A stretch of 64,000 nucleotides of DNA from Camelus ferus (lineage: Eukaryota). This document shows, one piece after another, positions 1-11,920 of this stretch. The position numbers were made by a program, and so were the translations under genes. Numbering within the stretch: position 1 is the stretch's first letter; each line of letters starts with the position of its first letter. Where the stretch lies: positions 104,596,001 to 104,660,000 of the forward strand of contig NC_045696.1 in the NCBI RefSeq assembly GCF_009834535.1. The letters are read 5' to 3'. Under the pieces are notes generated by a model. That model was not told the origin of the DNA. It made no database searches and saw only the letters and a list, made by a program, of their open reading frames with translations.

Positions 1-1689
1 CATGCCAAGCACTGGTGCTAGCAGGGGATACTGCCTAGAAGATCTGAATGGGCAGAACTGGGAACATGGGCAGGCAAAGCACAGCACGGGGCTGTGGATA
101 CATAGAGGGGATCGAACGGGAGCAGCCAGCAGACAGGGTCACTGAAAACAACAGGGAGGTGCACCTGCCCCATAAGCTGTTGTAACAGCTCCCTGTAGCC
201 TGTCTTGAAACGAGAATACCCAAAAGAACTTGTTCTGGCTATTATATGCAAGGTAGCTGCATGGACTTGGCTAATAGGAAATTCTAAACTTGAATAAACA
301 ATGTGGTATCTTGTCTATGACAGCCAACTCACACATGGAATAAACAACTTTGAGATGGTGAGACTCATCTGAATATTTGCACACCTAGGGAAATTAGAAA
401 TGGCACAAGAAGAGAGAGCAGGGTTTGGGGCTCTGCCATTCCCTGCCATCTCTCATATTCTGTGTATTGATTTGGAAGAGGCTTTTTGAACGTCTCCACT
501 TACTTCTTTGGATGAAGACCCAACCTGGGAAGCCATGCGTGGTTTCAGAAGGCTGAGATGATGGGCTGTGATAGCTCAGAGTACCATACTGAACCGGCAA
601 ACACAGATAATTGAGTTACCTGCAAATTGATCATAGTGAAAGGCTTTGGATTTCTTTAAATGAGGAGCAGCTGTGACTTTAAAGTACCATCCGGCAAACA
701 TATTCATTCCCATTTGCAGCCCTGTTCTGAAGAATCTGAAGTGGGTTGAAAGCAGCCTGCATGTCTGTCCCCTCCACCCTCCTTATTGCATCTGGGAAAT
801 TCCAAACGGAGATGAGTGGCAGCCACACATGTTGCTGTCTTTAACTACATGCATGGCTTTCTGCTCCACATTCCCAGCCCCACCCCCTTTACTGAGAAAA
901 TCAACACAGAAACACTAATGACAAATCAGTGACAGATCCTGCATAAAACAGCCTGTATCTACCCATTGCCTCCTTGCCTCGAATCCTCCAAGACTACTAC
1001 GTGGGGAGAAAACTGGCAGCTAATCAGACCTACTCCTCATCTGAGTCAAGACAGGAGGTAACAAATTCAAAACGGGCAAGTGAGGATCTGATGCCCTCCA
1101 GAACAGAACCTAAGCCATGGTCTACACTGATTTCCCAGTCTCCACATGCCTCAGAAGCAGATGGCATTTGTTGGACACACTCAGATGTGCCCAGACAGCT
1201 CAGATGGGTTCATTCCAAATGGTCCTCCCACTTGGACAAGTCGAAACCCCAGTTCTATCTGTGCTTCCCCAGAGCTGTCAGTGTAGAGATATCACAACCC
1301 CCTCACCTAGTGCCACAAACACGGCATGCATTTGCTCTTCAAAACCTTTGAGCCTGTGCTGCATGCCGAGGAAAGAATGGTGCTGGGATGTACCCGGTAC
1401 TCATGGTATGGTGGGGGTGACAGAGACCAACAGACACATCCACTTGGTGTAGTATGTGCAGAATGTTATAGGAACCTAGATGAGAGTCCAGGAACCTAAG
1501 TGTGTTATCAGGGAAGATGTCTCAGAGGAGATGGCTCCTGCCTGGAATCTCAAAATGTAAGTATGAAAGAATGAGCCAGGGAGTGTGGTAATTTGACCTC
1601 CAAGGGTCAGGTCCAGCGGATGGTTTACCAAAGGCCCAGAGGCCAGAAAGAGCATGACACTTGTAAAAGAAGTACTGGGTGAGCTAGAT

Positions 1690-2081
1690 TAGATCACTGC
1701 TCAGGAAATATTCAAGCACTCTCCCCCTGCCTCCATGGAGGAGTCTACTGGTATGTATCTTGACTTTGGGCAGAAAACATGACTTGTTTTGGCCATTGGT
1801 ATGTTATTAGACATGATGTAAGCAGAGGCTTAAAATACACTTGCGCAGTCAAATTTACTCTTTTGGGCTCCTGACTTTTGCAATAAGAACGTATTTCAGG
1901 CCCAACAATGAGATATGCGTAGAGCAGACCTGAACCTTATCTCATCTGAGCTCAACTCAAATCAGCCAAACTCTGGATGATGACAGACAAGTAAGTAGTA
2001 AATAAATGCTTATTTTTGTATGCCAACAAGAAGTGGGCTAGCTTGTTATGCAGCATTACTGAAAACATAGCAGACTGATAC
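1690..2081 (+). mobile_element. MLT1-type (MaLR) solo LTR, ancient
   Basis: Has MLT1-like motifs catgacttgttttggcca, gagcagacctgaacc and ataaatgctta, and a 3' end ttgttatgcagcattactg...gactgatac. Subfamily not resolved. Confidence 0.7.
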
Positions 2082-3124
2082 CCCAGGCAAGGCAAAGAAT
2101 GGGAATGAGGCCGGAGAAGCAAGAATATGCTAATCATAACCAACTGGAAATGAACACAGCAGAGAAACAAAGGAAGCAAGAAGCAGCCCTGAGACTTGAG
2201 GGCAGGGTCTGCCTTCTTTTGGATGGTCATCCATGCCCGACACTTAGCATATGTCTGAGCACATAGCAGTAAAGACAATTGAATGATCAAACCAGTGAGT
2301 CTTCGGCCAGGAACAAACAATGCGCTGCACGTACATGAGTGATGATAGACTTCTTGTAGCAAGGGCTCAAAACTATCACAGGCAAAAATTTAGCTAGATA
2401 GCTATGCCACAGCCTAGAAACTCAAGTTAACAGAATAATCATATGAACTTATTCAGTGTAACCAGAATTTGCATGAGGATTAAAGAGGAGCAAAACTTCA
2501 TCTATTCATATTTTATCTAGAACTTCCAGGCTCAAAGAAAATCTCACAATCCACTAAAATAAACAATACTGAATATAATAAAATACCCAGTCACTGAGAT
2601 CAGAAGCATTTATTCAGTAAACTCTTATTAAGAAGTCAGTGTCTGTACTACACATTTGTAGATAGAGTCTGGAAGACACAAGTTGACTTCTTAAGACAGT
2701 CTCTCAAAAGCAAAGATTTATGTGAAATCTTATTTCAAGTACATCAGTCCCCAAATTCTTTATTGAGCTAACCTCATAGTAACCAATGCTGTGGTTTTGC
2801 CTTAAAAATAGCATTTACAACTTCTAGAATTGAGACTTCTAGAATTGAGAACCAAAAGGTTCTCAGAGTCACTGGAGATATTCATAGGGAATAAAACAAA
2901 GAAAACCCCAGTATCATCCTTTTCTAGCAGACTTATAGGGTAATTTCAACTCAGTCTCTTTGATTATGGGGGAGCCTCTGTGGTGAATGGGAGCAGAGAG
3001 CCTCAGAAAAGAGAGTCAGGTGTCAGGACCCAGGGGATGGGGTGAGGGAAACATACTCCACAGAAAGACAAGTCAGGGAGGGACTGGGGCAGTGACCACA
3101 GCAAGAGCTCCTACCCAGGTGTTC

Positions 3125-3618
3125 TTTGTACAATGTGACTTCGACACTCCTCCCATTCGGGAGTGCTTCTGACCAGAGTGGAGGCTTTGTCTTGTTGAGT
3201 TCCAAAGCTTGGTCATAAAAGACAACCTAGTTTCCACCAGGTTCTCTTGTCACCTTTGGCAGCCCGAGACACCACGTTATCATATGCGTGCCCTGAGGCC
3301 ACCATGTTGTGAGGAAGCCCAGAACACATGGAGAGGCCATGAGTAGATGTTCTGGCCACAGCCCCAGATTAGTTCTAGATGACAGCCAGCATCACCTGCC
3401 GGGCATGTGAGAGAAGACAGCTTTGGATGATTCTGAGCCCCGGGTGTCAAGTCCCTCCCAACCTTCGAATCTTCCGACTGAGGGCCTCAGACATCAAGGA
3501 CAGGGATGAGCCATCTCTGCTATGCCCCTCCTAAAGTCCACAGAATCCAGAAATGGTTGCTGCTTTACTGCACCGAGTTTGGGGTGCTTTGTTACACAGC
3601 AACAGGTAACTGGAACAG
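3125..3618 (+). mobile_element. MLT1F/G-like (MaLR) solo LTR
   Basis: Contains ggaagccca...catggagaggcca and gacagccagcatcacctgcc...catgtgag, and ends in the typical tttggggtgctttgttacacagcaacaggtaactggaaca. Confidence 0.85.
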
Positions 3619-3804
3619 GAACAGTGATGGAGACTGACTCCCAGGTTTCCCCTTCCACCCTCTTCAGTTAACAGCTAGCAAGTCATCCTCCCTACACAGG
3701 AAGTGCCTGTATCTCCCAGTCCTCAAGCAGGAACACAAGCATATCCCAGGGTGTCCCTGTGTTCCACTGTACAGTCCCTAGACAGATACCCATCCCTACA
3801 GAAT

Positions 3805-3926
3805 AGCTGAGGGTGGTTTCCCCTCAGGGGACACGGGCCAATGTATCTTAAGTGCTCAGGACAGTCTCTACAGCAAAGAATGATTCTGTCCACAGTGTCG
3901 ATGGTGCCGAGGTGGAGAAGCTCTGT
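3805..3926 (+). mobile_element. MER20 (hAT-Charlie) fragment, internally deleted
   Basis: caggacagtctctacagcaaagaatgattctgtccacagtgtcgatggtgccgaggtggagaagctctg resembles the MER20 3' end. Confidence 0.75.
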
Positions 3927-4934
3927 GTTAGACAAGAGAAGCCACTCAGAGCTGTGAAATTTGCTGAGAACGTTCCACATCACAGAGAAATGCTGCCTAG
4001 GCCAGGAAGACAGGCTAAGACAAGGCATGATCGAAGACTCTTTTCTTCTCTTTTAGGTGTTAAATAAAAGAAGCGCCATCCCCAGGCCACCCATCCCAGG
4101 GTACTCAGTCCCCGCGATGACATTTCTGAGCCTTGCCTTCTGCACCAGCCTCCCTTTAAAGCAGAGCAATTAGACCCCTGCTCTCAGACTCACTCTGGAG
4201 ATCTGTTTCTTTTGAAAAGCAGAGAAACAAACAAAACCCCCGGAAAAACAAGGATGGCTGCTGTGGGTGGCCAAAAAACTATTACCATAGGAAAAAGCTG
4301 TCTGATTTCAAAGCATCACTCTCGTTCGCTGCTTTGACAAAAAGCCAAGGACAAGAGGAGGACTCATCGATTCCCACTGAGAATAGGACACAATGTGCCC
4401 AGCCTGGCAAAGGGGGCTGGGGGTTTTTGAGAGGACAGAGGTGTGAAACAGATTGTCTTCCAAGCTACAGGGGTGTTTTCAGGTGGCTAGATGAGAACTT
4501 CTCCTTCAGCAAGATTTACGCCCTTGCCCTGTCTACCTTGGGCAGCAAGGATAAAATGTGGCGGAAAGTCCTCTTCACTTTTACAGTGAGGGCCAGGCTC
4601 CTGGCTGATTTATGGGCCTGCTCGTGTGGCACCATTGGAAGCTGCGCTGCCTGATACACCCTCCATAAGGCCAGAGGTGGGGGCTGAGGTCGAGTCACAC
4701 TTAGCAGGGACCACGGCTCTAACCAGACCAACCACCTGCAGAGACTTCTGGAGGAGCCCTGTGCCGTCACGTGAAAATCAAGCCAAAACAACATAGAAAG
4801 AAAGGACAAAAGTCTGATAAGACTGTCCACTTTTTTTTTCCAAATGAAAATATCTTTTTTCCCCTCCTTGATTATCAAAGTTGATATTCATAGAAAGAAA
4901 AAGAAAACTTCAGATAATACAGAACAATAAATAA

Positions 4935-5540
4935 AAGAGTCTAGTATGGGAAAGGGGGATGGGTAGAGATAACAACATTTATGGTGGAGAAACCTGACTA
5001 TCATGACCTAAGCCTGGTGACCAAGGTCAACATCCAGAGCTGCAAGTCAAGTTGACTGCATGTGCCCTTCATGTGATGTGATGGAAACAGTCCTCGACTT
5101 CTGTGATCTTCCTCCCCAGAACTCATAGCCCCAGACTAATCATGAGAAAACCCTGAGACAAATCCCAATCAAGGGACATTCTTCAGCATGCCTGATCAGT
5201 ATAGCTCAAAGCTGTCAAGGGTCATCAAAAACAAGGGCAGGCTGAGATGCAGTCCCGGCCAAGAGGAACCTGAGGAGACAGGAGAACCGAATGGAATGAG
5301 ATATGCTGGATGGGGTCCTAGGACCAGAAAAGGACAAGAGGGTAACAGTAAGAAAATCTGAATAAAGTGTGGAATCAATATTAGTTCATTAATTGTCACA
5401 AATGTACCATATTAATGTGAGATGTTAATGATAAGAGAAAATGAGAATTGGCTGTAGGGGAATTCTCTGTACTATCATTTGAAAATTTTCTGTAAATCTA
5501 AAACTACTCTAAAAAACAAAGTTTATTAAAAAACAAAAAG
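4935..5540 (+). mobile_element. Old L1M (L1MB/L1MC-type) 3' UTR fragment
   Basis: Shows ggagaaacctgac, ctaatcatgagaaaa, aagggacattct, aatctgaataaagt, aaatgtacca...gatgttaa and ctgtaaatctaaaact, followed by an A-rich end. Confidence 0.85.
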
Positions 5541-6439
5541 GAAATGAAAATCCTTTATAATTGCACCTTCCAGACAAAACAACTGTTAATACTATGCTTT
5601 ATAGACTTCTCTTTGCATATACAAATCATTCCATATATATATAGTTATTACTTTCATTTTAACTTTTTTACAAAAATTGGGGTCAGTCTATAAGCTTTTA
5701 ACCCCATTTATTCACTCTCTGGCGCTCATTTGCAAATCTAGTCCGCGTGGATTATTACAATGTTCCATATGCAGACGGAGGTGAAATATATGTGAGAAGT
5801 ACGTTAGAGCTCTTTAAAGTCAGGTCTGCTTCCCAAGTTAGCTTGGGCCAAGAGGAAATGCATGCTTTAGAAAGACATCTGCTGGGCAAGGACTTGTTTC
5901 AATAAGATCATAAAGGGGCACATTTGACCTAAATCTGAGGGAGTCGGGGAAAAACCCTGGTGGTCTTTTATGCACCGCTCATTTCACAATAACCATCTCT
6001 GTTAATTCCCATGGAAACTCTGCAAGGTCAACCTGGTTGCCCAGAGGAAGCTAGGGGACCCTTGTACCCTGCCCAAGGCCATACAGTTTGTAAGTGGTGG
6101 GGCCAGTGTCTGAACCAAGTCCAACCCCAAAACTTGGGCTCTGCCTCCTGCATAATGCAGTGCTGTGGCTTGGACCAGGTCTAACTTTCAGAGATTAGGA
6201 AACTAAGGCCAGATGGGTGTACGGCCAACTATAGTGCAGCTGCCAGCATAATGTCCGTTAAGTAACATATCCTCCAAGTGCTTGTTTTGAATAGTTTGGA
6301 GACCTGAGTAGTATAGGGGTTCTACTCTATGTGTGCCTTGGGGAACCACAGGGCACATGCAATTCAGCTAAGGATGAAAACTTCTAAGCCTCTATTTCAA
6401 GTCCCCTGTGGCTCTGAGGAGGCACAATGCCAGGATGAA

Positions 6440-6565
6440 TGCAAAGATTTATGGGCCGCGGTCCCAAGGATCTCATTCAGTAGGTTTAGTTTATGACCTG
6501 GGAATTGGTATCTTTTTAAAGTTCCCCAGATGATGCTGACGTGCGCCAGATTTGGAAATCACTGA
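6440..6565. mobile_element. MER5-like hAT DNA transposon remnant
   Basis: attcagtaggt...gggaattggtatctttttaaagttccccagatgatgctgac...tttggaaatcactg is the typical MER5 terminal region. Confidence 0.7.
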
Positions 6566-7447
6566 GCCGTATGGTCCCTTCCAGCTTTAAGATTCTGGGA
6601 GCAACTGATTAGCAAACTACATGCCTGTAATTACTCTTCATCTCACTGTCATTCCAAAGGGTCTCTTCTGGTCATCTTGGTACCTTGTCCTTGGAGAAGG
6701 GGGAAGGAGAGAGGGTGAGCACCATAGTTATCAGTGTTCTTCTTTTCTCTAAACAGAACATTGGTCAGGGCTCTTCTTGGGATTTCAAAAAAGCACCAAT
6801 AGTCCAAATGGAAAAAAAGCATCCTTGAGATGCTTCAATTCAGACAAGGTACCACATGGTACAGACAAGGTACCAACGTTCCAAGGGTCACATTCAAACC
6901 CGGACTGCCCACCTCAAACCCACACTCGACCACTGTCCAAGAAGCAGATGGTGTGGTGCTGCTGGTCACGGCTGCTGACACGTGGCAGCTCTGCTGAGAG
7001 AAGCCACTGCATAGTGTGACCCACCCCCCCTCTTCTAATAGAGCAGCATATGTGGGTCTGTATCAGGCGGCCAGAACCCTCATCTCTGCCCCCACCTCGT
7101 TAGCTAAGAGCCTGCAATGCCCACCCTACTATCTGTTTGGATAAAGCAGACAAGCACCATGCACACAAGAATAAGAGAGCATCTGGCCAGGCTGAGGATG
7201 GGGAGGATGCTGCACCTGGACACTGAGAACCTTCAAGCCTGGAGGAAGAATGGTCCACACTTCCCTCGTCTGTTCTACAAGGTGTGTGTTCTCCCAGGGT
7301 CCCGGGCGGGAAAAGCCCCTCAGAAACTAGTGCCAGGCCTGTGCAGTAAAGTGCACCAACACATCCTTCTAGGTCCCCTCAAACAAGAGCTCTCCGATGA
7401 GCCTTACAGTTCCTAAGGTGCACTTATCATGAAAGCCGCCTCTTGCT

Positions 7448-7480
7448 GTGCGCCCCCTAGGGGCCAGGAGTGGAACTGGA
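7448..7480 (-). promoter_or_regulatory. CTCF binding site with upstream (ZF9-11) module
   Basis: The minus strand reads TCCAGTTCC-ACTCC-TGGCCCCTAGGGGGCGCAC. The core differs from TGGCCACTAGGGGGCGC at one base, and the upstream module resembles TGCAGTTCC at a 5-nt spacer. Confidence 0.8.
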
Positions 7481-7904
7481 CTGTTACATGCATTGCCATG
7501 GTCCATCCTGGCTAACACCCTTGTGGAAGAGATGATATTATTTCTGCTTTATATGTGAGTCTCAGAGGGACTAAAATACTTGCTCCATTGGCAGAGCTGG
7601 GACATAAACCCAGGTGTGAGCAGGGTTGGCTCCTGGAGGACCTGTGGCATGGCCGTGTTATGGATGGAGTTTTATTCTAAGCTACGGGCTCACATGGCAC
7701 TAGGTTTGCACTGCAAATAGATTCCTCGGGCTAATGTGTGAAGAGAATGAAGTGGGCACATACGGAAACCCATCACTGAGTCCTGAAGGGAAAGAGACAG
7801 CAGTTAGAGAAGTGGGAGGAAAACCAGGATGCTCACTCTTGCTACTCCAAGGCCTGCAGATCTACGACCCTACCTGACAAAGTTATTTCAGTGGAAACAG
7901 GAGG

Positions 7905-8035
7905 ACACTGTTTATCAAAGTGCAAACCATGGACCCTGCATCAGAATCACTACAGTCACTACAGGGGCTCTTAAAATTCAGATTCCTGGGCTCCATTTCA
8001 GATTTGCTAAATCAGAAGCTCTGGGCTGGGCACAG
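7905..8035. mobile_element. MER5-like hAT DNA transposon remnant
   Basis: tgcatcagaatcact...ttaaaattcagattcctgggctcc...aaatcagaagctctggg. Confidence 0.7.
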
Positions 8036-8059
8036 AGAGCTTAGAAATCCACATAATCG

Positions 8060-8262
8060 AGAATGTAGGGTTAAGGACTCAGGCCCTGGAGTCAGAGTGC
8101 CTGAGTTTTCATTCCACTTCTGTCACTTCAGTGAGTCCAGGAAAGCTACCTGCTGTCTGTAAAACGAGTCTCTTGCTCGTATCCACCTCACATAGAAAAG
8201 ATCAGTTAACACATATAAGCCCCTTACACTAGTTTGACACCAAGAGTAAGAGCTCAATTAGT
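8060..8262 (+). mobile_element. MIR SINE
   Basis: ggttaaggactcaggccctggagtcagagtgcctgag...tctgtaaaa...gagctcaat follows the MIR consensus order. Confidence 0.7.
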
Positions 8263-8507
8263 GTCCAACAACCTCTGAAAAGGATAATGCAAATGAAACG
8301 TCAGCTGGTGGAGGCTCAGGCTCTGTTCCCCCCCAGCAGAGACGCTTTCTTCATGGGCTTGTCCTGGGCTCAAGATCTCAGAGTGAAGAGGATTATATTC
8401 TCCATCTCAGGTGCAGGCAGTCCCACCCCTGAATGTACCTCCATCAGCGGAGGCAGCCAACATATTCATTTTCCCCACGCAGATTCAGACACAAGGGCAG
8501 CATCTCA

Positions 8508-8943
8508 GCTATTTCGGGTTGATTGTGTTCCCCTCAAAGATGTTGAAGGGTCCTAACCCCTGGTATCTGTGAATGTGAGTGACCTCATTTGGAAATAGGG
8601 TCTTTTCAGATGCTCAAGTTAAAGTGAGGTCATTAGGATGGGCCCTAGTCCAACATGACTGTGTCCTTAATAAAAGGGGAAATTTGGACACAGAGTTAGA
8701 CATGTACAGAGGGAAGATGATGTGAAGGTACAGGGAGACCACCATCTACAAACCAAGGAACGCCTGAGGCCACCAGAAACCAGGGAAAGACTTAGAACAG
8801 ATTCTCCTACACAGCCTTCAACAGGAACCCACCTGCCAACCCCTTGATTTCAGGCTCCGCATCTCCAGAACCGAGAGACAGTAAATTTCTGTTGTTTATG
8901 TCATTTGGTCTGTGTTTGTTATAGCGGCCCTTGGAAATGAACC
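8508..8943 (+). mobile_element. MLT1A/B/C-like (MaLR) solo LTR
   Basis: gtcctaacccctggtatctgtgaatgtga...atttggaaatagggtctt...gtgaggtcattaggatgggccct...agaacagattctcc...taaatttctgttgttta...tttgttatagcggccc. Confidence 0.9.
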
Positions 8944-10439
8944 CATCTGCCAGCACAGTCTGGGCAGCCCCTGCTGCCTTAGAGGTAAATGTAGAGCTGA
9001 GTGACAGCTCCCACGGAAACAGCCCCACGTTCCTGAATTTGGATCCTGGATCTGGCCTGCTGAGCCCCAACGGGCAACGGCCCCTTCCGGAGACAGCAAC
9101 GTTGCTGCTGATTGGGAAGAGGCGGCTGCCCCACGCTGTCCTTAGAGGTTCATCTCCAAGAGGGTGGTGGAGGCTGACAATTGCCAGGATCACTAGACCC
9201 TTCCTCACCCATGAGGCTGTACAATTTCGTTCATGATGACAGGGTGCACTTAGCAACCCCCTGAGCCCACTGTCCAGAGAATGTTGCCGATCGAAGCCTC
9301 TGGCAGCAGGTTCTCTGCTGTGCAGTTCACACAGGGCAGTGGGAACTGTCCTGTAAAGAAAACACAAAGCTCCCCCTGCCCAGGACCTCAGCTTCTAATA
9401 CACTGGAAGCAGTTGGCTTTTAGCAAAATCTTGGCATGCCTGCACTGGCTCTGACAGGCTGATGAAAGCTGGGGTGGCTGTGCACTTGGCAGAGAGTCCA
9501 TTCCCAACCCCACCCCATTAGGCAGGGGGCTCTGTGTCTAAGAATCCAAGCCCTGAGTGGTGGGAGAGCTCCGCCATTCTGCGGGGCTTGTCCACAATTC
9601 TGGGGATGCCCAGGGGAGGCCTGTGCACAGGCGGAGCCTGGCAAACTAGAAAGAAGGAAGGCCAAGCCCCTAGAGTGATGCTCAAGACCCTTCCTGACTG
9701 GTCTCCAGCTGCAGCCCGGTCTCACCTCCCTCCTCCCCTCAAACTCCAGGCTCCAGAGAGGCTGAACAATGGATTATGCCCAGACTCAAATTCTGTCTCC
9801 TCCGTGTACCTGCTTTGGGAGCTTGGATATGATACTGAGCCTCAGTTTCTACCTCTGTAAAATGGGGAGACAAATATCTACTCTTTCTGATTCTTACGCC
9901 ATGTGCCAAACACACAGCCAGCACTCGGGAGCAGCTGTTATTGGCCATCATAAACTCAGGCATAGTGACCTAATCCAACAGCATTCAACCTGCAGATAAC
10001 TCGGCTGACTGACAACAGAATTCCCAATATCAAAAAGCAGCAACTGACTCTCTGTGGCTTCCAAAGGCCCAACCATGACACTGTGGAAGAGGAAAGAGTA
10101 GTTTTCCAGAATCTAGTGTCTAACTTAGACTCTGGTGTGACCTGGAGCTGCAATTCTGAGGGAGGGGGAGGGGTTCTGAGAGCAGTAAAGACACTTATAC
10201 CCTCCTGAACACATCCAGCCCTCCTGGATGCTCAGGCCCTGCCCCCGCCTGCCCACGAGGCAGCGATGTCTGGTAACAATGATGGCACATTCCTGAGGCT
10301 CTGGGGGAAAGAAAAGGTTGACTTCCAGGGACAGCTTCCCAGAATGCTGGCTTGGTTTTATGCTTGCCTGCCAGCAGATTCCCACACTTTCCCTCCAACT
10401 TCTGTCTGTTGTTGACATTCAGCCCAAAAGCAAGGCTCC

Positions 10440-10765
10440 TCTCCCCTGCCACCTACTGGTTCCTCTTCCCCTTCAGCAAACGCTTTACCCAACCTGTAAG
10501 ACTCCTCTTAAATGCTACCTCCTCTGGGAACCTTTCTGGATTCCTCTGGATGATTCAGTGACCGCCTCTCTTGGCCCTTCATTCTGTCACTGAGCAGAAC
10601 ATACTGCACTTGCTTTCAGCGCAGGCCTCCCCATGTGGCTTCGAGGCAGGGCCCTTGTCCTTCCATTCTTGCCTCCACAGCCTAGCCCTGGGCCTGGCAC
10701 AGAGCAAGTCTTTAGCAAATGCCATCATGCACTCACTGAATGAACGTGGAATAGTAAATGTATGA
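10440..10765 (+). mobile_element. L2 3' end fragment
   Basis: aaatgctacctcctctgggaacctttct...gaggcagggcccttgtc...ggcctggcacagagcaag...tgaatgaa. Confidence 0.6.
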
Positions 10766-11764
10766 GTAACACAGAGCAGAGACTTTCAGTGGGGTGGTGA
10801 CAAAACAAATGAGGCCACCACGCTGTTTTTGCATGTTCATATTTTAGAGCTGCTGCACTCCCTCCATTTATTCAGGTCACAACCACGAGGATGAGTCATT
10901 TCTCAGAGGCTGGGGCTGATGACTGCTTTTGCTCATTCTATAAAGCCTTTCTGGAATGGGTGATAAGCAATGACTTCAGATACTGCTTGTTCCCTTTGGG
11001 GTAGCCTGGGATGTTTTTCCCAATGCACCTTTGTATGCAAGGTCTCCATCAGGGTGTGACACCCTCCAGGGAGAGGAGCACCTTCATCTGGCAGATGAAG
11101 AAACCGAGACCCAAGAAGTTCAGCCTCTAGACTCAAGGGCACGTGGTGAGCCAAGATAAAGCTGACGTGATGCTTTGACCCCCACCTTCTTCTGTTCCAC
11201 TATCCACAACTCCTGTCTGCCCATCCTTGATCAAAGTGACACATCCAGACATAAAATCCATGTGTAATTTTTGTCTGATCTGCTCATAACAGCCTCAACA
11301 GCAGACTGACTTTGGAGTTGCAAGGACTTCTGCGGCCAGTATCTCTGTCTCAACAACTGTGTAGATGATCTGGTCTAGTGAACTCACCAATCATATCTCT
11401 GATTATCAGCTCAGGCTTTCCTTATCTTTCCCTCAGTAATACTCATAATAAAATTTCAATTTAACTCAGCAGAAAAGTATTATTATATGTCTCCTCTCTG
11501 CTCAATACTGTTAGTCACTGTAATGAAACAGAACGAGTGACGGGGAGAGACATAGTGTGATTGGGGTTCAAGGTGGTGGTGGAGAATTCCACTGGGTGAG
11601 AAGGCAAGGGACTGGATAGTGCGAGAGAGAAACCCAGGGATGGCACGAGTAAACTATACTCAGACCATGGGGGTGGGGGCCGTTGGGAGAGCTTACAGGC
11701 GATGCTAAGGCCTTTGGGTTTTATTTCCTGGACAGTGCACGGCTGTGAAATCATAGCACCACAT

Positions 11765-11920
11765 AACGTTCGAGCTGGGAGGACTAGGAAGTGATCTGGT
11801 CTTCTCATCCATTTTACAGATAGACACATTGAGGCCCAGGGATGGAATGTGACTTGCCAAAAGTCATATGTAGAATAACTGACAAAGAATGTGCAGATTC
11901 AGAGCTCTGATTCAAGAGGT
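11765..11920 (-). mobile_element. MIR SINE
   Basis: cattttacagatagacacattgaggcccaggg...gtgacttgccaaaagtca is the reverse MIR core. Confidence 0.7.

Noticed and set aside
200..253. 54-nt + strand exon-like segment (PVLKREYPKELVLAIICK)
   Set aside because: Weak donor (gtagct) and an unrecognised peptide.
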